Below, piece by piece: positions 40,640 to 54,919 of a stretch of 64,000 nt of DNA. The translations under genes and the position numbers were made by a program. Under the pieces are notes generated by a model. It saw only the letters and a program-made list of their open reading frames with translations. It did no database searches and was not told the origin of the DNA. The DNA lies in assembly GCA_964016885.1 (NCBI GenBank), contig OZ024741.1, forward strand, positions 202,678,001 to 202,742,000. Reading direction: 5' to 3'. Every line of letters starts with the position of its first letter. Position 1 is the first letter of the stretch. The DNA comes from Eledone cirrhosa. Taxonomy: Eukaryota.

Positions 40640-41243
40640 AAACTGATACCTCCCAACTGCATCTGATTTATTGGAACGACCATATGACAAGCAACACGTA
40701 TTCTGCTTTGTCAAGAATTATCCGTAGTAAGATTTCAACAAAACGTTTCCTTAACCTACAGTGTGGAATCTTGGGTAATGACTGAAAGAATACGTTTGCG
40801 AATACAAACGCCCGTAATGGGGTTCCTCCGAAGTGTCTTTGGAGTAACGTTATTCGATCAGGGAGTCGCTTCATGTACAGCCACTACTTCTCCATATCGA
40901 GATATCACAGTTCTAGTATTACAAATATGGGGTTAGAATGCCCAAGGAAAGAACCGCTGTACACATTTTACGGAAAAAGTCAAGCAGCAAGAGTTTCAGA
41001 AATAGACCACAAGCTAGATGAATGCATAACATTCATGAGTTCTGTTGGTCTAACTTAAGGATCTATCCGAATAATTGGGTGAGGGTTGCGTCTGATAGGA
41101 AGGCGTGTCTGAGGATTATGCCTCCTCCCCCACACGGCCCTCTCTGGAATAGGTGGGTGAAGAAGAAGAAGAAGAAGAAGAAGAAGAAGAAGAAGAAGAA
41201 GAAGAAGAAGAAGAAGAAGAAGAAGAAGAAGAAGAAGAAGAAG

Positions 41244-41273
<30 letters not shown>
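40640..41273 (+). mobile_element. Decayed RTE-like 3' end with expanded (GAA)n tail
   Basis: Remnants resembling FLR...GVTL.D and LL.IE.SQL; perfect (GAA)n at 41159-41273. Confidence 0.55.
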
Positions 41274-41274
<1 letters not shown>

Positions 41275-42599
41275 TTCCTCAAAAATCGCAGTGTAATAAC
41301 TAAGATGATGGATGTGATTGGGCGTATCCTTGTCAGATCTGAATATAGTCAGTTTCTTCCAGAGAGAGAGAGAGAGAGTAGAAGAGTCCATCACCAGGAC
41401 TAGACTGGTACTTTATTTATTGACCTCGAAAAGATCAAAGGTAAAATTGGCATCGGCTGGATTTGAACACAGAGCACAGAGCCGAAACGAATACCACAAA
41501 GCATTTAATCCCACGTTCTAGCTACTCTGCTAATTCACTATCTTTCTCAAGTCTCTAGTTCTGAAGAATCACACTTTCTATTAGATCACTGCCATTAAAC
41601 ATGCTATAATAGTTCTTGACAATCAATTGAAATACATCAAATAAAAACACCTTTAAAGTTAGATGTATTTATTATTATTATTTTTATGATGAAATGAAAT
41701 GCTAAACAAATGGCTTCGATGAAGACATTCGTTAAGAAATCTCTCTTCTTCGGTTGCTGGCAAAATAAATGATATATTTGGACTACTTCAGACAATAATA
41801 ATATGTTATTTCAGTAACAAAGAAAATATTTAGTTAACCTTATATTGGAATTCCGTCTTTTATTGTTGAGATAGAAATAAATACGACCTTTACAATCAGA
41901 AAAGTAGTGAATCTTCAATACAGCATCTGACGGCAGAAGGAATACATCAACATTTACTGAGGAAAGAAATTGGTATTTTAGGCAGAATTGTTCTGATTTC
42001 ACGTTGTTTCAGTCCATTCAGCTGGAAAAAAAAGATGTAACTGTAATTCAAAGAGCCAGCCTTGTCACACATTATACCACTCTGGATCTCCATAAGAAAT
42101 ACACCAAGAGTCCACGTGTCTGTAGAATGCTCAGTCACTCGCACTATAATACAAAATGGATTGTACGTGTAATTGAAAAGACTAGCTTCTTACACACTGA
42201 ACCACGCTGAGTCTCCCTGAAAACTATGTTATGGGTGCACGTGTCTGTAGAATTCTCAGTCACTTGCACGGGTTGTACTTGTAATTCAAAAAGACAGCCT
42301 TGTCATACAACGTGTCACGCTGAACCTTCTTGAGAACTATGCAAAAGGTGGCGGGTGCACGTGTTTATGGAATGCTCAATTGTTTGTACGTTAGTTCCAT
42401 GAACGAGCTGTTCCATTGATAAAACAACTGGAACACTCACCGTCGAAACCGATGGAGATTCATCAACAACGGCGTTAGTGCAATATGCCATCACAAAAAA
42501 AACGAGTCCATAATTATATGTATTTTTAATAGTGTGGCAATACCAATTGCAGGTGCCCAATTCAGCAATGTCACAGCTCGCGGGCGCGCGTGTGTGTGT

Positions 42600-44101
42600 G
42601 TAGCTGTCCCAACAGGTTGTGTATAGCTGTTCCAACACGCCGTCTGTAGCTGTCCCAACACGCCGTGTGTAGCTGTCCCAACACGCCGATTGTAGCTGTC
42701 CCAAACGCCGTGTGTAGCTGTCCCAACACGCCGTCTTTAGCTGTCCCAACACGCCGTCTGTAGCTGTCCCAACACGCCGTCTGTAGCTGTCCCAACACGC
42801 CGTGTATAGCTGTCCCAACACGCCGTCTGTAGCTGTCCCAACACGTCGTGTATAGCTGTCCCAACACGCCGTCTGTAGCTGTCCCAACACGCCGTCTGTA
42901 GCTGTCCCAACACGCCGTGTGTAGCTGTCCCAACACTCCGTCTGTAGCTGTCCCAACACGCCGTCTGTAGCTGTCCCAACACGCTCTCTGGAGCTGTCCC
43001 AACACGCCGTGTGTAGCTGTCCCAACACGTGGTGTATAGCTGTCCCAACACGCCGTGTGTAGCTGTCCCAACACGCCGTCTGTAGCTGTCCAAACACGCC
43101 GTCTGTAACTGTCCCAACACGTCGTGTATAGCTGTCCCAACACGCCGTCTGTAGCTGTCCCAACAAGGCGTGTATAGCTGTCCCAACACGTCGTGTATAG
43201 CTGTCCCAACACGCCGTCTGTAGCTGTCCCAACACGCCGTCTGTAGCTGTCCAAACACGTCGTGTATAGCTGTCCCAACACGCCGTCTGTAGCTGTCCCA
43301 ATACGCCGTCTGTAGCTGTCCCAACACGTCGTGTATAGCTGTCCCAACACGCCGTCTGTAGCTGTCCCAACAAGGCGTGTATAGCTGTCCCAACACGCCG
43401 TCTGTAGCTGTCGCAACAAGGCGTGTATAGCTGTCCCAACACGCCGTCTGTAGCTGTCCCAACACGCCGTGTATAGCTGTCCCAACACGTCGTGTATAGC
43501 TGTCCCAACACGCTGTCTGTAGCTGTCCCAACACGCCGTGTGTAGCTGTTCCAACACGCCGTCTGTAGCTGTCCCAACACGCCGTGTATAGCTGTCCCAA
43601 CACGCCGTCTGTAGCTGTCCCAACACGCTGTCTGTAGCTGTCCCACAACGCCGTGTGTAGCTGTCCCAACACGCCGTGTATAGTTGTCCCAACACGCCGT
43701 GTATAGTTGTCCCAACACGCCGTGTATAGTTGTCCCAATACGCCGTCTGTAGCTGTCCCAACACGCCGTGTATAGCTGTCCCAACACGCCGTCTGTAGCT
43801 GTCCCAACACGCCGTCTGTAGCTGTCCCAACACGCCGTGTATAGCTGTCCCAACACGCCGTCTGTAGCTGTCCCAACACGCCGTCTGTAGCTGTCCCAAC
43901 ACGCCGTGTATAGCTGTCCCAACACGCCGTGTATAGCTGTCCCAACACGCCATCTGTAGCTCTCCCAACAAGGCGTATGTGGCTGTCCCAACACGCCGTG
44001 TGTAGCTGTCCCAACACGCCGTCTGTAGCTCTCCCAACACGCCGTCTGTAGCTCTCCCAACAAGGCGTCTGTAGCTCTCCCAACAAGGCGTATGTGGCTG
44101 T
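42600..44101. repeat. 23 bp tandem minisatellite, about 65 copies
   Basis: Unit TAGCTGTCCCAACACGCCGT(C/G)T(G/A)-like with no spacers; explains three long minus-strand ORFs. Confidence 0.97.
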
Positions 44102-46169
44102 TACACCGCGGAGGTGAGGAGGCTTTCTTGAATATTGTAATATATACTTGTAAATATGAGAATAGGATATATTATTGGCTGATCTGGAAGAAATGAGGAG
44201 AGAAGGACAAAGAGAACGAGTGAGAGAGAGAAATAGAGAGAGAGAGAGAGAAATTGGGGGAGAAGAGAGAAGGGGGAGAATGTAGTTTACTATGATATTG
44301 CACCAAAAGTTGTACCATAAAAACCATGTGTGGTTTCAGGTGATTTGGTATGAAAGGGGTTAACGGTTAAAATGCATGAACTTTCAACTGGTGGTTCCTT
44401 TCAACTGTATGTTATCTATGATAGTACGTTTAAGTAATTTATTCAAAGGGTGAATGAAACCTTGAAATACATTTTCCATGACCCCGTGTAAGGTTCACGA
44501 GAGTGTTGCAAGGCAGCAAAACATTAATCAGTTATGGTGAAATGGCCATACAATTAGGAAATATATCTTTACGCCGACCTTATTAACAGTTAGATTGGCC
44601 AATAACCCTTTTAATGCCATTTTCAATGAAAGACAACACCTTCTATGATTTTCTATTCTTTTTGAAAATAATCAAGAATTTGGAGAGATTTAATAATATA
44701 ACAAACTTCTTATTAAGTTGGTGTCTGGAGCACAACTTAACAAAGGTTATATAGCATTACGATGAAAGGTTTGTAGGTAAATATAAGCATTTTAACACTT
44801 TCATTATTATATTTATAATTGAATGGCTCCATAACATTTTTAGACACAATATTAAATATTCAAAAATTTAGAAGGGTTTAATAATTGTTTCTACTTTTTG
44901 GCACAAAGCCAGCAATTATCCCAGTACATTACTGGTACTTTATTTTATCGACCCCGTAAGGATGAAAGGCAAAGTTAACCTCGGCGGGAATTGAACTCAG
45001 ATCGTAAAGGGACGTAACTATGCTGGAAAGCATAATCCAACCCTCTACCGATACTGCCAATTCACCAATAATAAATTGCTTTTATCAATCTTAAGTTTAG
45101 AACATAACTTAACAAACAAAGGCTCTTACATCAAATTGTGATAGAAGATAAATATAAGCACTTTAAAGTATATAGTTTTGATAATATACATATACATATG
45201 CATATATATTTACACTTTAAAATATATAGTTTTGAAAACAGATGAATATAAGCACTTCATTGACCAAAGGTTAGTTTCAGGCGGTTTGGTTTCAAAAGTG
45301 TTAACTGTTGTGTCTTGATGGTTAACGTGTTTCGAACCACCGATAGTTTAACTGGAAGGGACCAGGTGCGACAGTATTGAGAATGATTAGAGGAAGGGTT
45401 ATTATTTAAGTCAGTGACATTTGTGTTACAAGTGGGAGGGAATAGCAGGAGGATCAAAGAAGGATCAGCAGCTGATAGCGATGGAAATATCGACTGAATT
45501 GTAAAAAGGTGGAGTTATTGAATTGTAACGGCACACACTCGCACACACTTCAAACACACAGGCACACACACACAGACACACAAATTGACACACAGAACAC
45601 AAGCAAACACACATAGACACATAGTCACACATACATACGCACATAAACACATACACACTCATACACACAAATAGACGCGCATAGACACAGACAGATAGAC
45701 TGACAGACAGATACACACAGTTGCTAGGTTACCAGATCAGCTGGTGATATACTAGTGGGGAGGTGTGACTGGAAATGTGCTCATGCACAACAATAGTCTT
45801 TTTATATATACGTATATATATTCAAATACATACATTCACATGTACGTACACACACATACATACACATACATACACACACACATATATATGTATATAAAAG
45901 TGTTTCCTTGTGGGTGGGTTTAAAGGAGGAGTTATCTCATGTGGGCGGGGCAATTGACTACTCAACTCCATTTGATGCTACTTAAAAGGTTCAGCTGTAA
46001 CTGGGTCTGGTAGTCTGCTGTCATGGTTTGGAGAAGCACAGCTGTTTTCACGACAGGGATGGGTATGTGTGTATGGAAAGGCAGACACACACGAACACAT
46101 TATTACACATGTAACTATATCTATCTATCTCTACCTTTCTATCTATTTACTTATCTATCTATCTATCAA

Positions 46170-46203
<34 letters not shown>

Positions 46204-46215
46204 AGTCTTTAGGTT

Positions 46216-46308
<93 letters not shown>

Positions 46309-46587
46309 AAACTTAAGTGGAAACAACAAACCAAACAACACAGTACAATGAAGAAATATATTAGTTTAACGCTTGATATAGTAGGAAAAGAGTCTTTACG
46401 TTTTAGACACTTGTCCGTCGTTTCATGATAAAATGAGAAATGAATGAAGAAATAGGAAGATAGAGTGTAAGATGAAATAACGGACCCCAAACCACAGTAC
46501 TTGATGCATGGTGAGATGCAGAGTGGGCATATTAACAAGGTATGTGTGAGTGCGTAGTGTGTATGTGTGATTGTACCACTACCTCGT

Positions 46588-46705
<118 letters not shown>

Positions 46706-46935
46706 ATATATAAAAAGGATAACAAAATATCGTTATAGGTAATCCAGTTAGAGGTTGTGAATACTTCTTATTATGGATAGTTTTACCGTACGGCGTTGCT
46801 TGACTCAACAAGAGGTTTACGTAGATGACGAGTTTATGATTTCACTTGTATTCCTATGTAAGTTTATCTTGGAGTAATAAAATTGAAAAAGTGGAGAATA
46901 ACATGGTCAACAGTACAAAAAAGGAGATTTATTTA

Positions 46936-47045
46936 CAGTCTAACAATTGTTTCACTGATAAAGATGTCTAAAAATTGGTGAACACTAGAAGCAGTGCCAT
47001 TCAATTTTAAATACGATGTTAGCTCGATCAGATCTTCAGAAACGG
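46936..47045 (-). ncRNA. Type I hammerhead with about 70 nt insert in loop II
   Basis: GTTT-CTGAAGA-T-CTGAT...ATCAG-T-GAAA-CAATTG-TT-AGAC; overlaps inverted repeat 46879-46977 / 47145-47242. Confidence 0.7.
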
Positions 47046-47241
47046 TTGATTGAAAATATATGTAACCGGCAAATTTACAAATTCAAATTACATCATCAAT
47101 AATAATATTAATAATAAAAATATAGAGAGAAAAAAAGAGGAAGCAATTTTTAAACATCTTTATCAGTGAAACAATTGTTAGACTGTAAATAAATCCCCTT
47201 TTTTGTACTGTTGACCATGTTATTCTCCACTTTTTCAATTT

Positions 47242-47307
<66 letters not shown>

Positions 47308-47505
47308 TACATATATATATATGCATTTACATATATATATGTATGTATAATTAATTAATTAGTAGGTCTTGCGTGTGATCATGTATTCAAAATGAATGTC
47401 TCGAAGTGGAAACTGAAGATTAGTAATGGCAGGCCTCTGGATAATGGAAAATAGGTAATTTTGTCAACAAAGTCAATGAAACTGGTAGTTCATTGAATAT
47501 CAAAC

Positions 47506-47559
<54 letters not shown>

Positions 47560-48449
47560 CAGAGTTGTGTTGTTGACTTGTCTCCTGATCTGTTAGTTTG
47601 GTTTTACTCAAGTCATTTCTTCAATGACATAGGTCCAAGATTCCATTATTGACCCATAGGTTATTTTTCTTTCTCATTCTCCCCACCACTTCTAAAGCTG
47701 TTTCATGAAGTACTTCCTTGATGCTGTTAGTTAAGGAATTAATATCTTCTTCTAGAAGTTTAAGGGTTTGCAAAACCAGGTTTGCAAAACCTGTTTCCTA
47801 CGTTTACCTCAAACATTGCTGCAACACTAGGATCTTTTAGCTTGTCCACATCATGTGTGTGCGGGATTGTTTGCGCGCGTGTGTGTATTTTCATTTATTT
47901 ATTTTTTTTTTTATCCATTAAAACTTTTCACTTTCAAACTTGCAAATAATAATTTTTTTTTAAAATTCCATTTCATCTTATCTATCTATTTTACCTATTT
48001 ACTATTCATCTGGGAAAACCTATGGCTGCTGCAGCTACCTTTTCTTCTGAGAGAAGGACACTCTGAAAAACCTGCGGTTGATTCAGCTACCGATGATCTT
48101 GCATCTGCTTGCCATTGGATTCTGGTTGTTGATACTTAGAGAGCAGCATGTGTGTAGCACAAGCGCACGCTGCTTTGATCTTGTGCAGATATCTCTTCAA
48201 AGTCCTGTGGTGATGGGGAAGCAGCGGAGCATACAGATCTAACGCGCTGGAGGTATGAGGTTGCTAACTTACAAGCAGGTGGCTTAAGGCTTATCTAACG
48301 TTCTTGGCAGTTTTCGGAATAGGAACTGGCTTGGGTGGAGTCTTTGGTGACTGAGCATCCTTTCAAGGGTGAACATTTGTCATTCAAAGCTTGGGTGAGG
48401 GGACCCAAAAGGAAACCCAAATATTTTCTGTTTCACAATCAAGTTGGTC

Positions 48450-50760
48450 AGCAACCTACGGCTGGCCGCTCTTCATACCGACAGGAAAAACAAGAAGAAT
48501 AGTAATTATCAAAAGAATAGAATTGCACTGAATGTTGTCACATAGAATATCAGAACCCTTCTTGACAGGGAACCATTCACAAATACTGTTATTGTTGGCA
48601 GAAAATTGAGCAAGTATAATATTGATATAGCTGCACTCTCTGAAACCCGTCTTAGTGGGGAAGGTCATCTATCAGAGAGAGGTGCTGGCTATAGTTCTTC
48701 TGGAAAGGGAAACCCAAAAAGGAGAAAAGGCATGGAGGAGTAGGTTGTGTTGTCTGGACAGAGATCACAAAACGACTGGAGCAACCACAAGGTATTAGTG
48801 ATCGAAGTATGCATCTAAGAGTTCCTCTTTCAATGGAGTATTTCATGACGGTCATCTCAGCATATACCCCTACCCTGGATAGTAGCCAGGAATCAATCAT
48901 GGCTTTTTACAAGATTTTCAAGTGTGTATAACATCGATTCCACATTCGGACAAGATCATGTTTCTAGGAGATTTTAATGCACGTGTGGGAAAGGGCGACC
49001 ACATCTAGAGTGTTTTAGGAAGTTACGGCATGGGCAAGATGAATGCTAATGGTCTTCTACTTTTGTAATAATGCATTTAGTTTGAGCTGGTCGTGTGCAA
49101 TACTTTTTTTCAGCGAAAGGAGATACACAAGGCAACACTGATACACCCGAGATCCACACATGACACATCTTGGATTATATCATTACCAGGATAACTGATC
49201 TGTAAGAGGAATGCGTGGTGCAGAATGTAGTAGAGACCACAAACTTGGGCGTAGCAAGATGAAGGTGCAGATCAGTAGAAAATTGAGGGCTGCAGGGGTA
49301 CAAGTGCCAAAACGTATAGATGTGTCCAAACTGCAATGTTTAGAAATGCGAGGTGCTCTTCAAAATGCACTTGACAACGCCATCTTTGATGAAAATTGGG
49401 AAGAGTTTAAAACGCAGCTTTACAGCGTTGGGGCTGATGTATTTGGTCTTAAAAAGACAAAACACACTCGTTTGAGGATAATGATGCGGCAATCGCAATA
49501 CATTGAAGAAAAGAACAAGCTGTATGAGAAGTGCCTTGTTGCAGAGGGTCCAGTTTGAGAAAGCCTTCAAAGTAACAAAATCAAAACTGCAAAGTGAAAT
49601 ACGAAATATAAAGAATAACTAGGGGTCCGAAGTTTCAGCAGAGATGCAGAGGGCTTATAACTGCAGATACTTGAAGGCATCATACAGCACAATAAGGCAA
49701 GTCTTTGGTCTACAACCCTCAAAACTGGCACCAGTGAAGTCAAAAGATTGAAAAAGTCTTCATCAAAGATCCAGCAGGAATCAAGAGTCGGTCGACTGAA
49801 CACTTTAAAGATCTGTTTGACAACCCATCTGTAGTTGATGATGAAATTATTAAAGGACTGCCGCAAAAGGAGACTGTAACACAGATGATGAATGATCCAA
49901 CCATTGATGAGATAAGGTCTACCATCAAAGAGATAAACATAGGGAAAGCTCCAGGTTTGGATGGAACACATATTGAGCATATCCACTTTGAAGACAACAA
50001 TGTTGCTATGACCATTCACGAGGTAGTCTTATATGTATAGAGTGGTGAGTGTGTCACGTAAGACGATTTACAAGGAAACTAACGGCTTCAAGTCGGAATG
50101 CAGTAATTATCGTGGTATAAGTCTGCTTCAATCGGTAGGCAAACTCTTATCCAAAGTCTTGCAGAACCGTTTAATAAAATGGATCTGCTCTGGTGCCACC
50201 ACTAAGACACAATGCGGATTCAGAGCTGGACATGATTTTCTTAGCTTGTCAGCTTGTGGAGAAGTGTTGAGCAGTAAGTGCCACTATATCAAGTATTTGT
50301 GGACCTTATCAAAGCCTTCGATACTGTTAATCGTAGTGCATTGTGGGTCATATTGGGGAAACTTGGATGCCCTCATTAGTTTGTTGGAATATTCAGAAAA
50401 CTCCATCAAAATATGAAAGTAAAAGTGAACTTCAGCGAGACACTTTCAGAGCCAATTTTAGTAGAAAACGGTATTAAACAAGGCGATATACATGCACCCT
50501 CTCTGTTCTCCATCTACTTTGCCGTGCTGCTGACATATGCCTTCCAATATTTCGAAATCGGTATATACTTGTGAATTAGAACCTCCGGTAAAGTTTTTAA
50601 TCTAAGACAGTTTAACACCAAGTCCAAAACATTTGGCACTCTTGTTAGGGAGTTCCTATGTGCTGATGATGCAGATTTTGTGGCTCACACAGTAGAGGAC
50701 ATGTAGTTGATATTGGACACCTTCTCCAATCCATGCACTACGTTTAGGCTAAATATTAGG
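48450..50760 (+). mobile_element. Degenerate RTE (BovB-like) LINE with APE endonuclease and RT
   Basis: NIRTLLD, DIAALSETRL, ISAYTPTL, LGDFNARVG, NYRGISLL, KAFDTVNR, ADDADF; many stops and frameshifts. Confidence 0.9.
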
Positions 50761-53311
50761 TTGGGGTCGTGCATGTGTGTTGTATCTTTTATTTACACGT
50801 TGCTCCAGTCCACTCAGCTGGAGAAAATGTGTTGTACCTGTAATTCAAAGGACCAACCTTGTCCCATAGTGCGTCATGCAGTATTTCCCCGAGAATCATC
50901 CTATGGATGCAGGTGTATGCACAATGCTCAATCAGTTACATTATAATACAAGGGCGGTGGATTGGCAGTATCGGTAGAGCGTCAGACACCATGCTTTTCA
51001 GCATAGAGTTATGGCCCTTTACGTTCTGAGGTTAACTTTGCCTTTCATCCTTACGGGATCGATAAAATAAAGCACCAGTAATGCACTGGGATAATTGCTG
51101 GCCTTGTGCCAAAAGTAGAAGCAATTATTATACAAGGTGGTAAAATAAAGCACCAGTAATGCAATGGGGCCGTGTGCTTAAAGTAGAAACAATTATTATA
51201 CAAGGTGAATAGTACCTCTAATTTAGAGGACGAGCTTTGTGACACACTGTATCATGATGAATCTTCCTGTGTTCACATTAAGGGCAAACGTTTCTCTGGA
51301 ATACTCAGCCACTATAATACAACTGAGTTTGAACCTGCAATTTAAAGGAGCTGTCTTTAAGTAAGGGTACACGTGTCTGTGGAGTGTTTAGCCACTTACA
51401 CAATGGTATGAAATTAGTTGTACATGTATTTCAAAGGACCAGTCTTGTCACATACTGTGTCACGTTGAATCTGTCTGTGAATTACGTTAGGGGTACACGT
51501 GTCTGTGGAATGTGCAACCATTTGTATTATAATACAAAATCAGTTGTATCTCTAATTCAAAGGGTCAGCCATTTGTGTTGACATTTGGTCTGTTTGAATA
51601 CGGTTTTAATGACAAGAATGACATAATGGTGCAGTAAGGGCAGTCGTAAAATGAACCATGTGAAGGGTGAGGGACCAAGATATCATTCAAGACAAAAGGA
51701 AGGAGCCCCGTGAGGTAGAATGGCTGATGCAGCGGGTGTCGCTCTCTGGCTGTTCTGTTATCATACTGTTTTATCATACTGTTAATGAGGCGCAGCTGAG
51801 ATATTTTATCACGCAAAGTTGTAGAATTTGTCACGCGAGGTGGAATGGGTGATGCAGCGGGTGTCGCTGGCTGTTCTCCGTAAGGCGCAGCTGAAATATA
51901 CCACCCAGTATTGGTGTAGAGTTTTACACCTGATTTCGTTCTTCCCCGCTTTTCATTGTTTAATTTTTCTTTCTCTCCATTTCATTCTCTCTTCGTGCTT
52001 ATTATCTTAATCTTATCTATAAAATACCACCATTGTTGTATATTTCTGTTTACTAAAACAAAATGTCAGGGAATCAGGAAAGATATAGACTATTTGAAGA
52101 CTTGGGAATATTTCGACAGGTGCAATGGTGCAACATGTCTATATTTCTACAGGTGCAATGGCGCGAAAGTGAAAACAATTATTTTTCTAGATGTCACTAC
52201 CCTGTGTACACGTTCACAGAGAAAAGAAACGTTCAATATACACAGATTAGATTACAACATCAAACGATAAATGTTAAGTTATAAATAAAAAGAAATCCCC
52301 CCAAAAAACTGTATGCAGGGCTGACGCAACCATTAAGGCAAATTAAGGACTATTTAGGGCGCAGTCACCAGCGAGGGGTATTACCAAACCTTAAAGGAGC
52401 ACAGTTTCTTTTACAAATTTGTGTAATTAAGTTAAATATAAAATAGTTACCTGTGACCAATAAATGAATCACTAAAAATCTTTGCCATGCAGCCAGTGTT
52501 GGCGTTACCATTAGACCAATTAGACAGTAACCAAGGGCGCAGACCTCAGAGAACTTAAAATATAATTGTTTCTACTTTAGGCACAAGGCCAGCAATTACC
52601 CAGTGCATTACTGGTACTTTATTTTATTGACCCCGTAAGGATGAAAGGAAAAGTCAACCTCGAATATAATATTTTCTGTAATCTATAAATAAATTGTTCA
52701 ACATCTTTGCCATGGAGCAACATTGTGGAAATATACCAAGTGGTGGTGAGGGTCGTATGATGTTATGATATGGAACATGATTTGGCATGGGTGAGTGTAC
52801 TGTATAGTAGAATATACAGGCTTAGTAATTTTCTTACTGTAATCAAAGCAATAAGCGTCAAAAACTATGTTTATTAAAATATAAGTTGAAATGATTTTAT
52901 TTGAGAAAATGGAGCGCATAACTGGGAAAAGAAGGCGCTCCTTGTGAAGCAAGCCTAGGACAAGAAGTATCCAGGCACACATTGTAATGCTGGCCTAGGG
53001 CACTAAACATCTAGGCACACACTATATGGCTAGCCACGGGCGCTAAATATCCAGGTACACATTGTAGAGCTAGCTACGTGTACTACATAACAAGGTACAC
53101 TGTATGACTTTCCTAGAGCGCTAAATATCCATGTGTTGGCCCTGCCTGTAGGAATTACTTACAAAATCGACTTTAAATATTAATTATCGAAAAAATATTT
53201 CCAGAAGAATTGTTTTTCAGTACAATTCGCTCATTCTTAAGATCTTAATTCTCTAGGCAACACTTCGTACTGAAACAAGATGATTATTTTTTTTTGTAAG
53301 GATAAAATATG

Positions 53312-53359
<48 letters not shown>

Positions 53360-53363
<4 letters not shown>

Positions 53364-54140
53364 GTAAAAAAACAACAACACAGGAGTACAAGTTACGAAA
53401 GGTATTAGGTTCACGCTTATTGAGAGTGGGGGGGGGGGGGGGGGGCGACGTTTTGGGCATAAGCCCTTCATCAGGAGGGTGGTGGGAAGGAGAAGGAGGA
53501 GGAGGAACTCTGAGAGGGAGTGAGGGGGAGTTAGTGGGAAAAAAAACCCACATGAGTTGGAAAATAAAAGTTAAAAACAAGTGGGGAAAAGATGAGGTGG
53601 TGGGCGGATGGAGGGGGACGGAGAGGGGAGACGGAAAAAAGGCGTCCGAGTGTGGAGGTGGGGTGTGTGTGTGTGTATGCGTGGATGTAAGTGTGAGAGT
53701 CTGAGGGAGAGCGAGGTTGCATGCTGTATGTTGGGGTGGAGTTTAAGTCTGTGTGTGTATGCGTGTGCGTGTGGATGGATAGGGGTCGGATGGGGTGGGG
53801 GAGAGCCTGCGGAATCTGGAGGCGGAGTGGGTGTATGTGAGGATACAGACGTGTGTGTGTGTGTTTATGTGTGGTGTGGATACGTGGGAATGTATGGTTG
53901 CGTGTGCGCGAAAATGGTGTAAGTGTTTGTGTGTTTGTGTTCCTGAATGGTTTTCCGGTATGTGTGTAGAAGGATGGCGAGGTTCCGGGTAGTAATCTTT
54001 CGTAGATATCCGAATGTGTAACCAGAGTGATATATATATCACTCTGGTTACACACACACACACACACACACCAAGCGTTAACCTAATATATACCTTCAAT
54101 ATACTGTACCGATTGTGTTGTTATTTCTGTTTACCTTTTA
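53360..54140 (-). mobile_element. PLE-type terminal repeat family B with hammerhead (G12 to A) at 53446-53476
   Basis: Homologous to 61890-62510; CTGATGA-A-GGGCTTATGCCC-AAAA-CG-TC. Confidence 0.7.
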
Positions 54141-54624
54141 CACACACACACACATATATATATATATATTTAATATAGAAAAGGCTTGAAGCCTTTTCTA
54201 TATTAAATATTTATACTCTGCTTTGTATTGAGTACCTTACTTACTGTGGTTTCCCCCGATTGAACCCGGGATAAACTTATATATATATATGTATAATAAG
54301 GAGTTGACGGACCCAGCATATTCATCAATGCCAGGACCGGTTGTATCTCAGCGAACTCCATGGGCGATGTAAGATACATTCCCAGAGTATACACACAGTT
54401 ATTCGCTTCAATACAACACACGTAAAACGGGTGCCTATAATAGTTCCCGGACTCGAGTTTCGGCCGCACTTAATGCAGCAGTAAGGTGCACTGCACTATC
54501 CGTCTGCATATATTATGCAACAATGCACAAATATATGTGTGTGTGCATACATATACACATGTATGTATACTTATGTATATATTTATATGCAACATATATG
54601 TATATAAATATATATATACAAACA

Positions 54625-54917
54625 GACTTCGTTTTTGTATTTGTTTTGCAAGATTTTTTATACTAAAACGTGTGTTGAAACGGATATTGTCATACTTTGG
54701 GGATGGGGTTCATGCTTGCAATAAAAACACACGCACTCGTTGGTTTTCAATTCAATTTATTACAAACTCCCACTAGGTTAGTTTAATAACTGGATGGTCG
54801 TTTAGTTGTAAATTGTCAAAGCTCTTTCGTCACACATTCTGTGGCCTCCTCAGTGACTACCTTTGTTGTTATTTTGTGTTTCTCCTTTGTTCTGTCCTAC
54901 ACCATCTTGTTTTTGTG
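54625..54917 (-). mobile_element. PLE family A terminus with hammerhead at 54815-54857
   Basis: GTCA-CTGAGGA-G-GCCACAGAATGTGTGAC-GAAA-GAGC-TT-TGAC. Confidence 0.8.
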
Positions 54918-54919
54918 AC

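Noticed and set aside
41022-41394. Poly-Lys, poly-Leu and poly-Ser ORFs
   Set aside because: Translations of a (GAA)n microsatellite.
42315-44086. Long ORFs (449-582 aa) or a CRISPR array
   Set aside because: Pure 23 bp tandem repeat without spacers; eukaryotic context and no cas genes.
47410-47492. Hammerhead-like CTGAAGA ... GAAACTGGTA
   Set aside because: Stem II and stem I closing pairs are weak; cannot support by eye.
52063-52284. Possible host exon (VQWRESENNYFSRCHYPVYTFTEK)
   Set aside because: No recognisable domain and only a weak donor site; unresolved without RNA data.
54440-54485. Hammerhead 3' half on minus strand (GGCC-GAAA-CTCGAG-TC)
   Set aside because: No CUGANGA found upstream; at best a truncated motif.
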